From NCBI GenBank assembly GCA_900316145.1, contig ONBQ01000030.1, positions 288 to 64,287 of the forward strand: a stretch of 64,000 nucleotides of DNA, written 5' to 3'. The position numbers and the translations under genes were made by a program. This document shows, piece after piece, positions 19,030-28,229 of the stretch (positions are counted from its first letter, which is position 1; each line of letters starts with the position of its first letter). The DNA is from an uncultured Eubacteriales bacterium. GTDB taxonomy: Bacteria; Bacillota; Clostridia; Lachnospirales; Bianqueaceae. The notes below the pieces were generated by a model. It was not told the origin of the DNA and ran no database searches. It saw only the letters and a program-made list of their open reading frames with translations.

Positions 19030-20388
19030 CTATACTGCTCCGTCAACCTTTGGAAGCTTACGCCGGATCCACAGATATACGATGAAGTGGGCCAGCGTGG
19101 TGATCAGCCAGGAGATCGGATAGGAGATGTAAAGCCCGTGCAGGGTATGAAAGTGCGGGAAGATGGCGTAGATCCAGACGATACGCAGTCCGCAGGCGCC
19201 GATCAGGGATACGATGGTCGGCAGCAGGGAATAGCCCATGCCGCGGATCTGGCCGGAAAATACATCCATCCAGCCGCAGATGAAATATACCAGACCTACA
19301 TACAGAAGACGGATGGAACCCGCCGCGATGACTTCGGCATCCGAAGTGTAGATATTAAGCGCCTGCGCGCGGAACAGGTAGAGCAGACCGCCCAGGACGG
19401 CGCCGATCACAGTGGCCAGAGCCAGATTGATGATCAGGACCCGGTTCAGGCGGCTGTATTTTTTGGCGCCCAGGTTTTGACCGGCAAAGCACAGAGCCGA
19501 TTGGCTGAAGGAATTGATACTGGTATAGACGAAACCGCCCACGTTGGAGGCAGCTGTGTTGGCCGCCATAACGGTCCCGCCGAAGGAGTTGACGGAAGAC
19601 TGGATGATCGCGTTGGATAAGGAGAACAGGCAGCCCTGGATGCCGGCCGGAAGACCGGTGCGGGTGATGGCCCAAAGCTTGTCTTTATAGATGCGAAGCT
19701 GCTTCCAGTACAGGTGACAGCTCCCGTGCAGTTTGGTCAGATACCGCAGGATCAGGAAGGCGGAGACGGCCTGGGAAATGATGGTGGCCAAAGCGACGCC
19801 GTCCACATCCATGTGCAGGACGATCACGAAGAACAGATTGAGAAGAAAATTCAGGACCCCGGCGATGGTCAGATAGTACAACGGATGACGGGTGTCGCCG
19901 GTGGCACGCAGGATGGCGCTGCCGAAATTGAAGGGCATCATGGCGATCATGCCGCAGAAGTAGATCCTCATGTACAGGACTGACTTATCGATGACATCCT
20001 CAGGCGTATCCATGAGCCGAAGCAGAGGATAAGCGAGGATCAGCCCCAGGACGGTCAGGATGATCCCGCCCAGAAAACTGACGGCGATAGAGGTGTGGAC
20101 CGTTTCGTGAATGTCCTGGTGGCGCTGAGCTCCGTAATGCTGCGCAACGATAACGTTGGTCCCCACGGACAGGCCGATGAACAGATTGACGATCAGATTG
20201 GTGATGGCGCCGGTGGAACCGACAGCGGCCAGGGCTGTATTGCCGGCAAAGCGTCCGACCACGACCAGGTCGGCGGCGTTGAACAAGAGCTGCAATACAC
20301 CGGCAGCCATGACGGGTAAGGTAAATTTAAGGATCTTGCCGACAAGCGGCCCGCTTGTCATGTCGATATCATATCTTCGGGAAGCCAT
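19030..20388 (-). CDS. MATE-family efflux transporter
   Basis: Preferred start is the ATG at 20388 (MASRRYDIDMTSGPLVGKILKFTLPVMAAG, GAAGGA RBS). The track start at 20502 adds an implausible 38-aa leader. Confidence 0.85.
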   Translation of the reverse strand: MASRRYDIDMTSGPLVGKILKFTLPVMAAGVLQLLFNAADLVVVGRFAGNTALAAVGSTGAITNLIVNLFIGLSVGTNVIVAQHYGAQRHQDIHETVHTSIAVSFLGGIILTVLGLILAYPLLRLMDTPEDVIDKSVLYMRIYFCGMIAMMPFNFGSAILRATGDTRHPLYYLTIAGVLNFLLNLFFVIVLHMDVDGVALATIISQAVSAFLILRYLTKLHGSCHLYWKQLRIYKDKLWAITRTGLPAGIQGCLFSLSNAIIQSSVNSFGGTVMAANTAASNVGGFVYTSINSFSQSALCFAGQNLGAKKYSRLNRVLIINLALATVIGAVLGGLLYLFRAQALNIYTSDAEVIAAGSIRLLYVGLVYFICGWMDVFSGQIRGMGYSLLPTIVSLIGACGLRIVWIYAIFPHFHTLHGLYISYPISWLITTLAHFIVYLWIRRKLPKVDGAV

Positions 20389-20557
20389 GGATATCCTTCT
20401 TTCTTTTTGCGCTCTTGCCACTTTACTGCCAAACCGGAGGTTTGTCAAGAAGGTGGTTTTGTCCATGAATCGTTTTCTTTCCTCCGTTGACAGAACAACC
20501 AAAAATCTATATACTTTGCTATAGAATTATGTGCAAATCGGAAAGGAGAAACACGAT

Positions 20558-22969
20558 ATGCAAAAACAAAACCTGAACCTTGGGTGGGAGTTTCGTGACA
20601 ATAATCAGATGTTCGCGTTTCCCGGCGCGGAAGGACCTAAAAATCTGAAGATCGATCTTCCTCATGACTTTATCTACACCAAGCCCCGAGATCCGAAAGC
20701 GGCCGGCGGCGCTCCGAACGGCTATTTCGGTGAGGGCCGCGGTATCTATGAGAAGACCTTGGAGATCCCGGAAGAGTGGATCGGCAAGCGTATCATTCTG
20801 GATATCGACGGTGCTTATATGAACGCGGAAGTGACCCTGAACGGGGAGCTTCTTGCCATGCATCCCTATGGCTATACCCCCTATCTGGTGGATCTGTCCA
20901 ACCATGTCAAGGCGGGTTCCAATAAACTGGTGATCACGGTCCAGAGCCGTCAGCCCTCCACACGCTGGTATTCCGGCGGCGGTCTGTATCGCAGCGTCTC
21001 TCTGTGGGTAGGTGAGCCGGTCGGCATCGAGCCGTGGGATATCTTCGTCACCACGCCGGAAGTCGCAAAAGACCGGGCTGTGGTGCGCGCCGAAGTCTCC
21101 GTATCCACGCTTCACAGCGTGCAGTCTACGGCCAACGTCGAGATGACGGTCGTGGATCCGGACGGACAGCCCGTTGCTTGCGGAAAGATCCTGACCCATG
21201 TCGAGCCGGGCCAGAAGATCAAGTCCAAGATCCAGATGGAAGTCACCGATCCGAAGCTGTGGAACACCGTGACCCCCAATCTGTACACCTTGAAGACCGT
21301 GCTGAAGGTACCCGGACAGGCGGATGAAACAGCCGAGACCGTCTTCGGTATCCGCAAGTTCGAGGCAGACGCTGTGAACGGCCTGCGCTTAAACGGCGAG
21401 CCCATCAAGCTGAAGGGCGGCTGCATCCATCACGATGCTGCGTTCTTGGGTTCCGCGGCCTGGCCGAGAGCGGAAGAGCGCAAGATCCAGATCCTTAAAA
21501 ACGCCGGTTATAACGCGGTCCGCATCAGCCATTATCCGCCGTCACTGGAGATGCTTAAAGTCTGTGACCGAGAAGGTATCATTCTGCTGGATGAGGCTTT
21601 TGACTGCTGGCGTATCGGTAAGGTCCCGATGGATTACCATCTGTACTTCGAGGAGTGGTGGGAGCGCGACATCGAGTACATGGTCAAGCGTGACCGCAAC
21701 CATCCTTGCGTCTTCTCCTATTCCATCGGCAATGAGATCGGTGAGCGTGATGGTTCCGGCAATGGTTATTACTGGGCCCACAAGCTGGCGGAAAAGATCC
21801 GATCCTTCGACAATACTCATTTCGTGACCTCCGCCATCTGCGGCGTCTTCGATCCGGAAGCGCTGAAAGCGATGCTGGCCGGTGCCGAAGATAAGGACAA
21901 CATCAATGTGATGAACCTCGAGCAGAGCAAAGAGCGCGACAACTGGGGCACCAAGACCGCGGATTACGCGTCCGCTCTGGATATCGTTGGTTACAACTAT
22001 CTGTATGAGCGCTACGCAGATGATAAGACCCGCTTCCCAGGTCGTGTGATCATGGGCACCGAGACCCATCCGTTCAACACCTATGACTACTGGAAAGCCA
22101 CCATGGACAACAGTCACGTCATCGGCGACTTCATCTGGACCGCTTATGACAACCTGGGCGAGGCCGGTGTCGGCCGTGTCGTCTGGGATTCCGAAAGCCA
22201 GGATCATGGTTTCATGGGTCCGTGGCCGTGGCGCAGCTGCTTCCAGGGCGATATGGATCTGTGCGGCTACCGTACCGGTCAGTCCTACTATCGTGAGATC
22301 ATGTGGGAAGCCTTCGATGGCCACAGCGATAAGATGGCCCTTTACACCACCCATCCCTGCCACAACGGCGATACCTTCTGGGGCACCGGCTGGCATTGGA
22401 GAGATGTGGAAGACACCTGGACCTATGACGACGAATGGCTGGGCAAGCCGGTCAAGGTCGATGCCTATGCGGATGCGGATGAGGTCGAGTTCTTCCTGAA
22501 CGGAAAATCCTGCGGCAAAGCACCGGTTGAAAAGCTGGAAGCCTCTCTGGAGATCCCCTATGAAAAGGGTACCGTGGAAGCGGTCGCCTATCGCGATGGC
22601 AAAGAGATCGCCCGCTGCTGCCTGAAGACGACGGGCAAAGCTGCGGCAGTCACAGCCTGCGCGGATCGTCCCTGCATCAAAGCGGACCGTCAGGATCTGT
22701 CCTATGTGGCGCTGACGATCGTAGACGCGGAAGGCAACCGTGTACCGTATGAAGATTCCGTGATCTGCGTCGAGGTCAGTGGAGCGGGTCGCCTGGCAGG
22801 CATGGGCTCCGGCAATCCCTGCACGGAAGAGAACTATGGTACACCGTACTGCAAGGCCTATGAAGGCCGGGCTATGGCCGCTGTCGTAGCGGATGAGCCG
22901 GGTCAGATCACGGTCAAGGTCTGCGTCGAAGGATGCGAGCCTTGCGAGATCACGATCGAAGCGAAATAA
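20558..22969 (+). CDS. GH2 glycoside hydrolase (beta-galactosidase/beta-glucuronidase family)
   Basis: ATG at 20558 behind GGAAAGGAG. NLGWEFR.., VRISHYPPS, NHPCVFSYSIGNEIGE (acid/base NE), GTETHP. Confidence 0.85.
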   Translation: MQKQNLNLGWEFRDNNQMFAFPGAEGPKNLKIDLPHDFIYTKPRDPKAAGGAPNGYFGEGRGIYEKTLEIPEEWIGKRIILDIDGAYMNAEVTLNGELLAMHPYGYTPYLVDLSNHVKAGSNKLVITVQSRQPSTRWYSGGGLYRSVSLWVGEPVGIEPWDIFVTTPEVAKDRAVVRAEVSVSTLHSVQSTANVEMTVVDPDGQPVACGKILTHVEPGQKIKSKIQMEVTDPKLWNTVTPNLYTLKTVLKVPGQADETAETVFGIRKFEADAVNGLRLNGEPIKLKGGCIHHDAAFLGSAAWPRAEERKIQILKNAGYNAVRISHYPPSLEMLKVCDREGIILLDEAFDCWRIGKVPMDYHLYFEEWWERDIEYMVKRDRNHPCVFSYSIGNEIGERDGSGNGYYWAHKLAEKIRSFDNTHFVTSAICGVFDPEALKAMLAGAEDKDNINVMNLEQSKERDNWGTKTADYASALDIVGYNYLYERYADDKTRFPGRVIMGTETHPFNTYDYWKATMDNSHVIGDFIWTAYDNLGEAGVGRVVWDSESQDHGFMGPWPWRSCFQGDMDLCGYRTGQSYYREIMWEAFDGHSDKMALYTTHPCHNGDTFWGTGWHWRDVEDTWTYDDEWLGKPVKVDAYADADEVEFFLNGKSCGKAPVEKLEASLEIPYEKGTVEAVAYRDGKEIARCCLKTTGKAAAVTACADRPCIKADRQDLSYVALTIVDAEGNRVPYEDSVICVEVSGAGRLAGMGSGNPCTEENYGTPYCKAYEGRAMAAVVADEPGQITVKVCVEGCEPCEITIEAK

Positions 22970-23017
22970 GCAGTTCTGATCTTTTCTCGCAGTTGATTAT
23001 ACCGCGAAGTTTTTTCT

Positions 23018-23053
23018 AAGCCCCCCCTGGATTTCTATCCCCCAGGGGGGCTT
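23018..23053. promoter_or_regulatory. G/C-tract inverted repeat upstream of the cbi operon (candidate operator; not a canonical terminator)
   Basis: AAGCCCCCCCTGG (23018-23030) / CCCCCAGGGGGGCTT (23039-23053). There is no U tract on either strand. Confidence 0.4.
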
Positions 23054-23111
23054 TGACGAGAAAAATGAGAATGGTATCCTTTTATCAGTTAATGAGAAAG
23101 AGGGTGCCTTT

Positions 23112-24110
23112 ATGCATATGGCAGATGCGTTGGTCAGCCCGGCAGTAGCTGGCGTTATGTACGCTGCTTCAGCGGCAGCGGCTGTGGTTTCCGTAAAGAA
23201 AGTACGGGAGGAAGAAGAATTGACCCGAAAGATCCCGATCATGGGGGTCATGGGAGCTTTTGTTTTTGCCACGCAGATGATCAATTTCACGATCCCCGGA
23301 ACAGGTTCAAGTGGACATTTGTGCGGAGGTATGTTATTATCAGCTTTGTTAGGTCCCTATGCGGGCTTTCTGACGATGATATCGGTCCTGCTGATCCAGT
23401 GCCTGCTGTTCGCGGACGGCGGTTTGCTGGCGCTGGGCTGCAATATCTGGAATATGGCTTTTTACGGCTGCTTTATCGGTACGCTGGTCTTCTGGCTGCC
23501 GATCATGAAAAAGGGCTTCAGCCGCGGCAAGATCATTCTGGCGTCTATTCTGGGCTGCGTCATCACACTGCAGCTTGGCGCTCTCAGCGTTTCTTTGGAA
23601 ACAGCCATCTCCGGCATCTCCGAACTGCCGCTTAGCGCCTTCCTCGGCGTGATGCAGCCGATCCACCTGGCCATCGGTTTTGTGGAAGGTCTGATCACAG
23701 CGGCGGTGCTGGCCTTTGTCTATGAAGCCAGACCGGAACTGCTGTACGGCAACAGTGAGACTAAAAAAGAGGGGCGCTTCTCGCTGAAGAGCACGGCCAT
23801 CATTCTAGCGGTCTGCGCGGTCCTGATCGGCGGCGGTCTGTCCCTGGCAGCCTCTGAGTATCCGGACGGACTGGAGTGGTCCATTGAAAAGATCACCGGT
23901 TCTACCGAACTGGAATCGGAGAGGAATGTCTATGAGTCCGCGGAATCGGTCCAGGAAACGACATCGCTTCTCCCGGACTACGCGTTCAAGGATTCCGAAT
24001 CAGCAGCCGGCACCAGCTTCTCCGGTATCGTAGGCGGGGCGGTCGTAGCGGTCATCGCGGCGGGAGTCTGCTTTATCATTCGCAAATCATCCAAGAAGAA
24101 GACAGCATAA
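23112..24110 (+). CDS. cbiM: ECF transporter S component CbiM/NikM fused to a PDGLE domain (Co/Ni uptake)
   Basis: N-terminal MHMADALVSP (Met1-His2 metal-binding start of CbiM/NikM), multi-TM core, C-terminal ..EYPDGLEWS.. + TM. Confidence 0.8.
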   Translation: MHMADALVSPAVAGVMYAASAAAAVVSVKKVREEEELTRKIPIMGVMGAFVFATQMINFTIPGTGSSGHLCGGMLLSALLGPYAGFLTMISVLLIQCLLFADGGLLALGCNIWNMAFYGCFIGTLVFWLPIMKKGFSRGKIILASILGCVITLQLGALSVSLETAISGISELPLSAFLGVMQPIHLAIGFVEGLITAAVLAFVYEARPELLYGNSETKKEGRFSLKSTAIILAVCAVLIGGGLSLAASEYPDGLEWSIEKITGSTELESERNVYESAESVQETTSLLPDYAFKDSESAAGTSFSGIVGGAVVAVIAAGVCFIIRKSSKKKTA

Positions 24111-24119
24111 GTTTAAAAC

Positions 24120-24917
24120 ATGAGTGAGATCAAAAACGCGATCCATGAATTCGGCCAGCTGGAAAGGCTGGCCAGGCGGGACCAGTGGGTGAACCATATT
24201 CATCCACTGGTCTTGTTGGGTTTAACGATCCTGTATATTGCCATCGTCGTGTCCTTTGGAAAGTACGAGCTCTTCGGACTGATCGGCATGGGATTGTATC
24301 CATTGGCTTTGTTCATTCTGGCAGATCTGAAGTTTGGAGAATGCCTGCGCCGTCTGCGGCTCGTCTTGCCGCTGGTGGTCTTTATCGGCCTGTTCAATCC
24401 ATTGCTGGACAAAACGCCGGTCTCGATCGGAAGCATCGTCCTGCGCGGGGGATGGATCTCCATGATGACCTTGATCCTGAAGGGTTTTTTCAGCGTGCTC
24501 GCCTCGTACATCCTGGTGGCTACGACGCCGATCGTGGATCTGTGCCGCGCGCTTCGCAAGATCCATGTACCACAGATCCTGGTCACGCAGCTGCTGCTTA
24601 CGTATCGATATATTTCCGTGCTGCTGAGCGAGGTGAGTCGGATCACCCAGGCCTACCAGCTCAGGGCGCCGGGACAAAAAGGAGTCCATTTCAAGTTGTG
24701 GGGGCCATTGGTCGGACAGCTTTTGCTGCGCAGCATGGATAAAGCGCAGATCGTCTATGAAAGCATGCTGCTGAGAGGGTTTAACGGGGAATTCAGAGAG
24801 GGACGCAACGCGAAGCTCACCCTTACGGATGTCCTCTATGGTTTGTTCTGGACCGGCGCGTTTGTGTTGCTCAGACGCTATGTTATCATCTTTCTGGTCG
24901 GAAATCTGTTTGTATAA
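24120..24917 (+). CDS. cbiQ: ECF transporter T component (CbiQ)
   Basis: 265 aa, polytopic, in CbiQ position. Conserved Arg-rich coupling helices (..AYQLRAPG.., ..LLRSMDKA..). Confidence 0.8.
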   Translation: MSEIKNAIHEFGQLERLARRDQWVNHIHPLVLLGLTILYIAIVVSFGKYELFGLIGMGLYPLALFILADLKFGECLRRLRLVLPLVVFIGLFNPLLDKTPVSIGSIVLRGGWISMMTLILKGFFSVLASYILVATTPIVDLCRALRKIHVPQILVTQLLLTYRYISVLLSEVSRITQAYQLRAPGQKGVHFKLWGPLVGQLLLRSMDKAQIVYESMLLRGFNGEFREGRNAKLTLTDVLYGLFWTGAFVLLRRYVIIFLVGNLFV

Positions 24918-24926
24918 GGGGTCATT

Positions 24927-25652
24927 ATGATTAGACTGGATCATGTATCATTTCACTATTCCAATGGACCGCAGGTCCTGAAAAGCATCTGCCTCTCTTT
25001 AGAAAAAGGAGAATCAGTAGGCCTGGTGGGTGCCAACGGAGCGGGTAAATCCACGCTGCTCAAGCTTCTGGTCGGCCTGGTCAGCGGGTTTGAAGGCGAG
25101 GTAAAAGTCGCGGGGCTTTCCATGGACAAGAAGAACCTGGCCGGGATCCGCGCCAAAGTCGGGTATGTTTTTCAGGATTCGGACAGCCAGCTCTTCAACA
25201 ATACGGTATATGACGAGATCGCGTTCGGGCCGCGCAATTATGGCCTGTCCGAGGAAGAAGTGAAAAAGAGAGTGGACGAGGCGATGGAGAAGACCGGAAC
25301 AGCCTATCTGAAGGATAAACCGGTCTATCAGATGTCCGGAGGCGAGAAACGGCTGGTTTCGATCGCTACGATCCTGTCCATGGAACCGGAGCTGATCCTG
25401 ATGGATGAACCGGAAGCGGCGTTGGACCCGCGCAACAGGCGGCGCCTGATCGGCCTGCTGAAGGGGCTGAAGCCGGCCAAACTGATCGCGTCGCATGATC
25501 TGGATATGATCATGGATACCTGCGAAAGAACGATCCTGATGCATCAAGGCGCTATCGTGGCAGATGGACCGACGGATAAGATCCTGAGGGACAAAGAACT
25601 TCTGGAATCGCATGACATGGAGCTTCCCCTGCGTCTGCAAAACCTGGAATGA
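24927..25652 (+). CDS. cbiO: ECF transporter ATPase (CbiO)
   Basis: Walker A GANGAGKST, ABC signature MSGGEKR, Walker B LILMDEP. Confidence 0.9.
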   Translation: MIRLDHVSFHYSNGPQVLKSICLSLEKGESVGLVGANGAGKSTLLKLLVGLVSGFEGEVKVAGLSMDKKNLAGIRAKVGYVFQDSDSQLFNNTVYDEIAFGPRNYGLSEEEVKKRVDEAMEKTGTAYLKDKPVYQMSGGEKRLVSIATILSMEPELILMDEPEAALDPRNRRRLIGLLKGLKPAKLIASHDLDMIMDTCERTILMHQGAIVADGPTDKILRDKELLESHDMELPLRLQNLE

Positions 25653-25661
25653 GAGGTCAGT

Positions 25662-25967
25662 ATGAGCGAACATACACACGAATTAAACGGATATCATCAT
25701 TTTCACAGTCCGGAGCATGACCGTAAGATCATCAACCGGCTGTCCCGTGCCATCGGACATCTGGAAAAAGTGCGCACCATGGTGGAAAACGGGGAGGACT
25801 GCAGCCAGGTCCTGATCCAGCTGGCCGCCGTACGTTCCGCGCTTGGAAGCTGCGGAAAAGAGATCCTGGAAGAACATATCAGCCACTGCATCATCCATGC
25901 GGTGGAAAGTGGAGATATGCACGAAGTGGAGGAGCTGAACAAGGCTATTTCCCAGTTTATTCGGTAA
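25662..25967 (+). CDS. CsoR/RcnR/FrmR-family metal-sensing transcriptional repressor
   Basis: 101 aa. INRLSRAIGHLEKVRTMVENGEDCSQVLIQLAAVRSAL..HISHC, the DUF156 pattern with Cys/His ligand positions. Confidence 0.8.
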   Translation: MSEHTHELNGYHHFHSPEHDRKIINRLSRAIGHLEKVRTMVENGEDCSQVLIQLAAVRSALGSCGKEILEEHISHCIIHAVESGDMHEVEELNKAISQFIR

Positions 25968-26015
25968 ACATGGAAAATAAAACTGTGAATGTTTCGTTAA
26001 AATTCAACAAAAACA

Positions 26016-26044
26016 TTGCAACTCGGGAAAAAGTTTGATATAAT
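26016..26044 (+). promoter_or_regulatory. Sigma-70-type promoter upstream of the EF-G paralogue
   Basis: TTGCAA (26016-26021), 17 nt, TATAAT (26039-26044). Confidence 0.5.
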
Positions 26045-26076
26045 TTTGTTATCATTTCGTATTGGAGGAACATGAC

Positions 26077-28149
26077 ATGAATGTGTATACCACAGATAGT
26101 ATTCGTAATGTTGTCCTGTTAGGACATGGTGGATGCGGCAAGACCAGTCTTGTCGAGGCCATGGCTTATGTGGCCGGTCTGACGACCCGTATCGGCAAAG
26201 TGGCCGATGGCAACACGATCAGTGATTATGATAAAGAAGAAATCAAGCGTAAATTCTCCATTCATACATCCGTAGTTCCGATCGAATGGAACAAGACCAA
26301 GATCAACATCCTGGATACCCCCGGTTTCTTTGACTTCATCGGTGAGGTCGAAGAGGCTGTCGCCGTTGCGGATGCCGCTATCATCGTTGTTTCCGGTAAG
26401 GCCGGCGTGGAAGTCGGTACCGAAAAGGCCTGGGAGCTTTGCGAAAAATACAACCTGCCCCGCATGATCTTCGTTGATGAAATGGATGTTGACAATGCCT
26501 CCTATCGTCAGGTAGTGGAAGATCTGACCGAGCGCTATGGCAAGAAGATCGCTCCGTTCTATATGCCTATCCGTGAAAATGAGAAGCTGGTCGGCTATAT
26601 CAACGTAGCCAAGAAGGCCGGCCGCCGCTTCACCGGCCCGAACGGTCGTGAAGAGTGCGAGATCCCGTCCTATTCTCAGGAATATCTGGACAACTATTAT
26701 GATGTCATGATGGAAGCCGTTGCTGAGACCAGCGATGAGTTCATGGATCGTTACTTTGATGGCGATGAGTTCTCTCTGGCAGAGATCCGCGCCGCTATGA
26801 AGACCAGCGTCCATGAGGGTTCCACCGTTCCGGTCACCATGGGTTCCAACACCGAAGTTCTGAACATCCATAACCTGCTCAATGATATGATAGAGCTGTT
26901 CCCGACTCCGAATGAGAAGGAGTGCAAGGGCGTCAACATGAAGACCAATGAGTCCTTCGCTGCTGACTATAACTTCGCTACCTCCAAGTCCGCGTATGTC
27001 TGGAAGACCATCGTCGATCCGTTCATGGGCAAGTATTCTCTGATCAAGGTCTGCTCCGGCGTTATCAAGTCTGATGATGTTCTGTACAACGCGTCCAAGG
27101 GCAATGAAGAAAAGCTGTCCAAGCTTTACATCCTGCGTGGCAGCAAGCCGGAAGAAGTTCCTGAACTGCACGCCGGTGATATCGGTGCCATCGGCAAGGC
27201 CAACTGCTCTACAGGTGATACTCTTTCCACCAAGGCGGTTCCGGTCCTGTTCTGCAAGACGGAAGTTTCCGTACCGTATTATTATCAGGCTTTCCGCGCC
27301 AAGAAGAAGGGTGAGGAAGATAAGATCCAGCAGGCACTGAACAAGATCATGGATGAGGATCAGACCTTGAAGACCGTCAACGATGCCGAGAATCATCAGA
27401 CGTTGCTTTACGGTATGGGCGATCAGCACCTGGCTGTTGTCGTCAGTGTCCTGCAGGAGAAATACAAGGTCGAAGTCGAGCTGGATACACCGCGTGTCGC
27501 TTTCCGTGAAACGCTGCGCAAGAAGGCCGATGTGGAATACAAGTATAAGAAGCAGTCCGGCGGTCATGGCCAGTATGGTCATGTTAAGATGATCTTCGAG
27601 CCGTCCGGTGATATGGAGACCCCGTATGTGTTCGAGCAGAGCGTCGTCGGCGGTACCGTTCCGAAGAACTACTATCCGGCAGTTGAGAAGGGTATCCAGG
27701 AGTGCGTAGCGGCTGGCCCTCTGGCAGGCTATCCTGTCGTTGGCGTAAAGGCCAATCTGTATGATGGTTCCTACCATCCGGTCGATTCTTCCGAAATGGC
27801 CTTCAAGACCGCTTCTATCCAGGCCTTCAAGAAGGGCTTCATGGAAGCCAGCCCCGTCCTGCTTGAGCCGATCGAATCCCTGACGGTCATCGTTCCGAAT
27901 GATTACACCGGTGATGTCATGGGTGATCTGAACAAGCGGCGCGGCCGCGTGCTTGGCATGAACCCGGTATCCGGCGGCAAGACGGAGATCGTCGCGGATG
28001 TTCCGATGATGGAGATCTTCAACTACAACACCGATCTGCGTTCCATGACCGGTGGCTCCGGCACCTACAAGTATGAGTTTGCCCGTTATGAGCAGGCGCC
28101 TGCTGATGTTCAGGAGAGAGAAGTTGCCAATCGCGCTTCCGAAGAGTAA
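26077..28149 (+). CDS. Elongation factor G-family translational GTPase (EF-G paralogue)
   Basis: ATG at 26077 behind GGAGGA. G1 GHGGCGKTS, G3 DTPGFFDF. Full five-domain length (690 aa) with an EF-G-like C-terminus (..GGSGTYKYEFARYEQAP). Confidence 0.8.
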   Translation: MNVYTTDSIRNVVLLGHGGCGKTSLVEAMAYVAGLTTRIGKVADGNTISDYDKEEIKRKFSIHTSVVPIEWNKTKINILDTPGFFDFIGEVEEAVAVADAAIIVVSGKAGVEVGTEKAWELCEKYNLPRMIFVDEMDVDNASYRQVVEDLTERYGKKIAPFYMPIRENEKLVGYINVAKKAGRRFTGPNGREECEIPSYSQEYLDNYYDVMMEAVAETSDEFMDRYFDGDEFSLAEIRAAMKTSVHEGSTVPVTMGSNTEVLNIHNLLNDMIELFPTPNEKECKGVNMKTNESFAADYNFATSKSAYVWKTIVDPFMGKYSLIKVCSGVIKSDDVLYNASKGNEEKLSKLYILRGSKPEEVPELHAGDIGAIGKANCSTGDTLSTKAVPVLFCKTEVSVPYYYQAFRAKKKGEEDKIQQALNKIMDEDQTLKTVNDAENHQTLLYGMGDQHLAVVVSVLQEKYKVEVELDTPRVAFRETLRKKADVEYKYKKQSGGHGQYGHVKMIFEPSGDMETPYVFEQSVVGGTVPKNYYPAVEKGIQECVAAGPLAGYPVVGVKANLYDGSYHPVDSSEMAFKTASIQAFKKGFMEASPVLLEPIESLTVIVPNDYTGDVMGDLNKRRGRVLGMNPVSGGKTEIVADVPMMEIFNYNTDLRSMTGGSGTYKYEFARYEQAPADVQEREVANRASEE

Positions 28150-28170
28150 TTCTTCAACTCAATAAAAACA

Positions 28171-28217
28171 GGGAGTGTAAAAACGAATCATTCGTTTTAC
28201 ACTCCCTTTTCTTTTTT
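28171..28217. terminator. Bidirectional rho-independent terminator
   Basis: GGGAGTGTAAAAACGAA / TTCGTTTTACACTCCC perfect stem (28171-28206), followed by TTTTCTTTTTTT and preceded by an A run. Confidence 0.85.
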
Positions 28218-28229
28218 TGCTTGAAAGGT

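Noticed and set aside
22970-23111. Cobalamin riboswitch or NikR operator upstream of cbiM
   Set aside because: The region is only about 140 nt, and I see no B12-box-like sequence or GTATGA-N16-TCATAC-type repeat. Only the G/C-tract palindrome is reported in the findings.
26119-27777. 552-aa minus ORF opposite the EF-G paralogue, and 56338-57576 (412 aa) opposite the galK-like gene
   Set aside because: Antisense shadows, for the same reasons as above.
26077-28149. Possibility that the EF-G-like gene is a Tet(M)/Tet(O)-type ribosomal protection (resistance) gene
   Set aside because: The length (690 aa versus about 640) and the G1 motif (GHGGCGKTS rather than the AHVDAGKTT type) fit the EF-G paralogue class better. 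There is also no mobile-element context. Only a phylogeny could exclude it formally.
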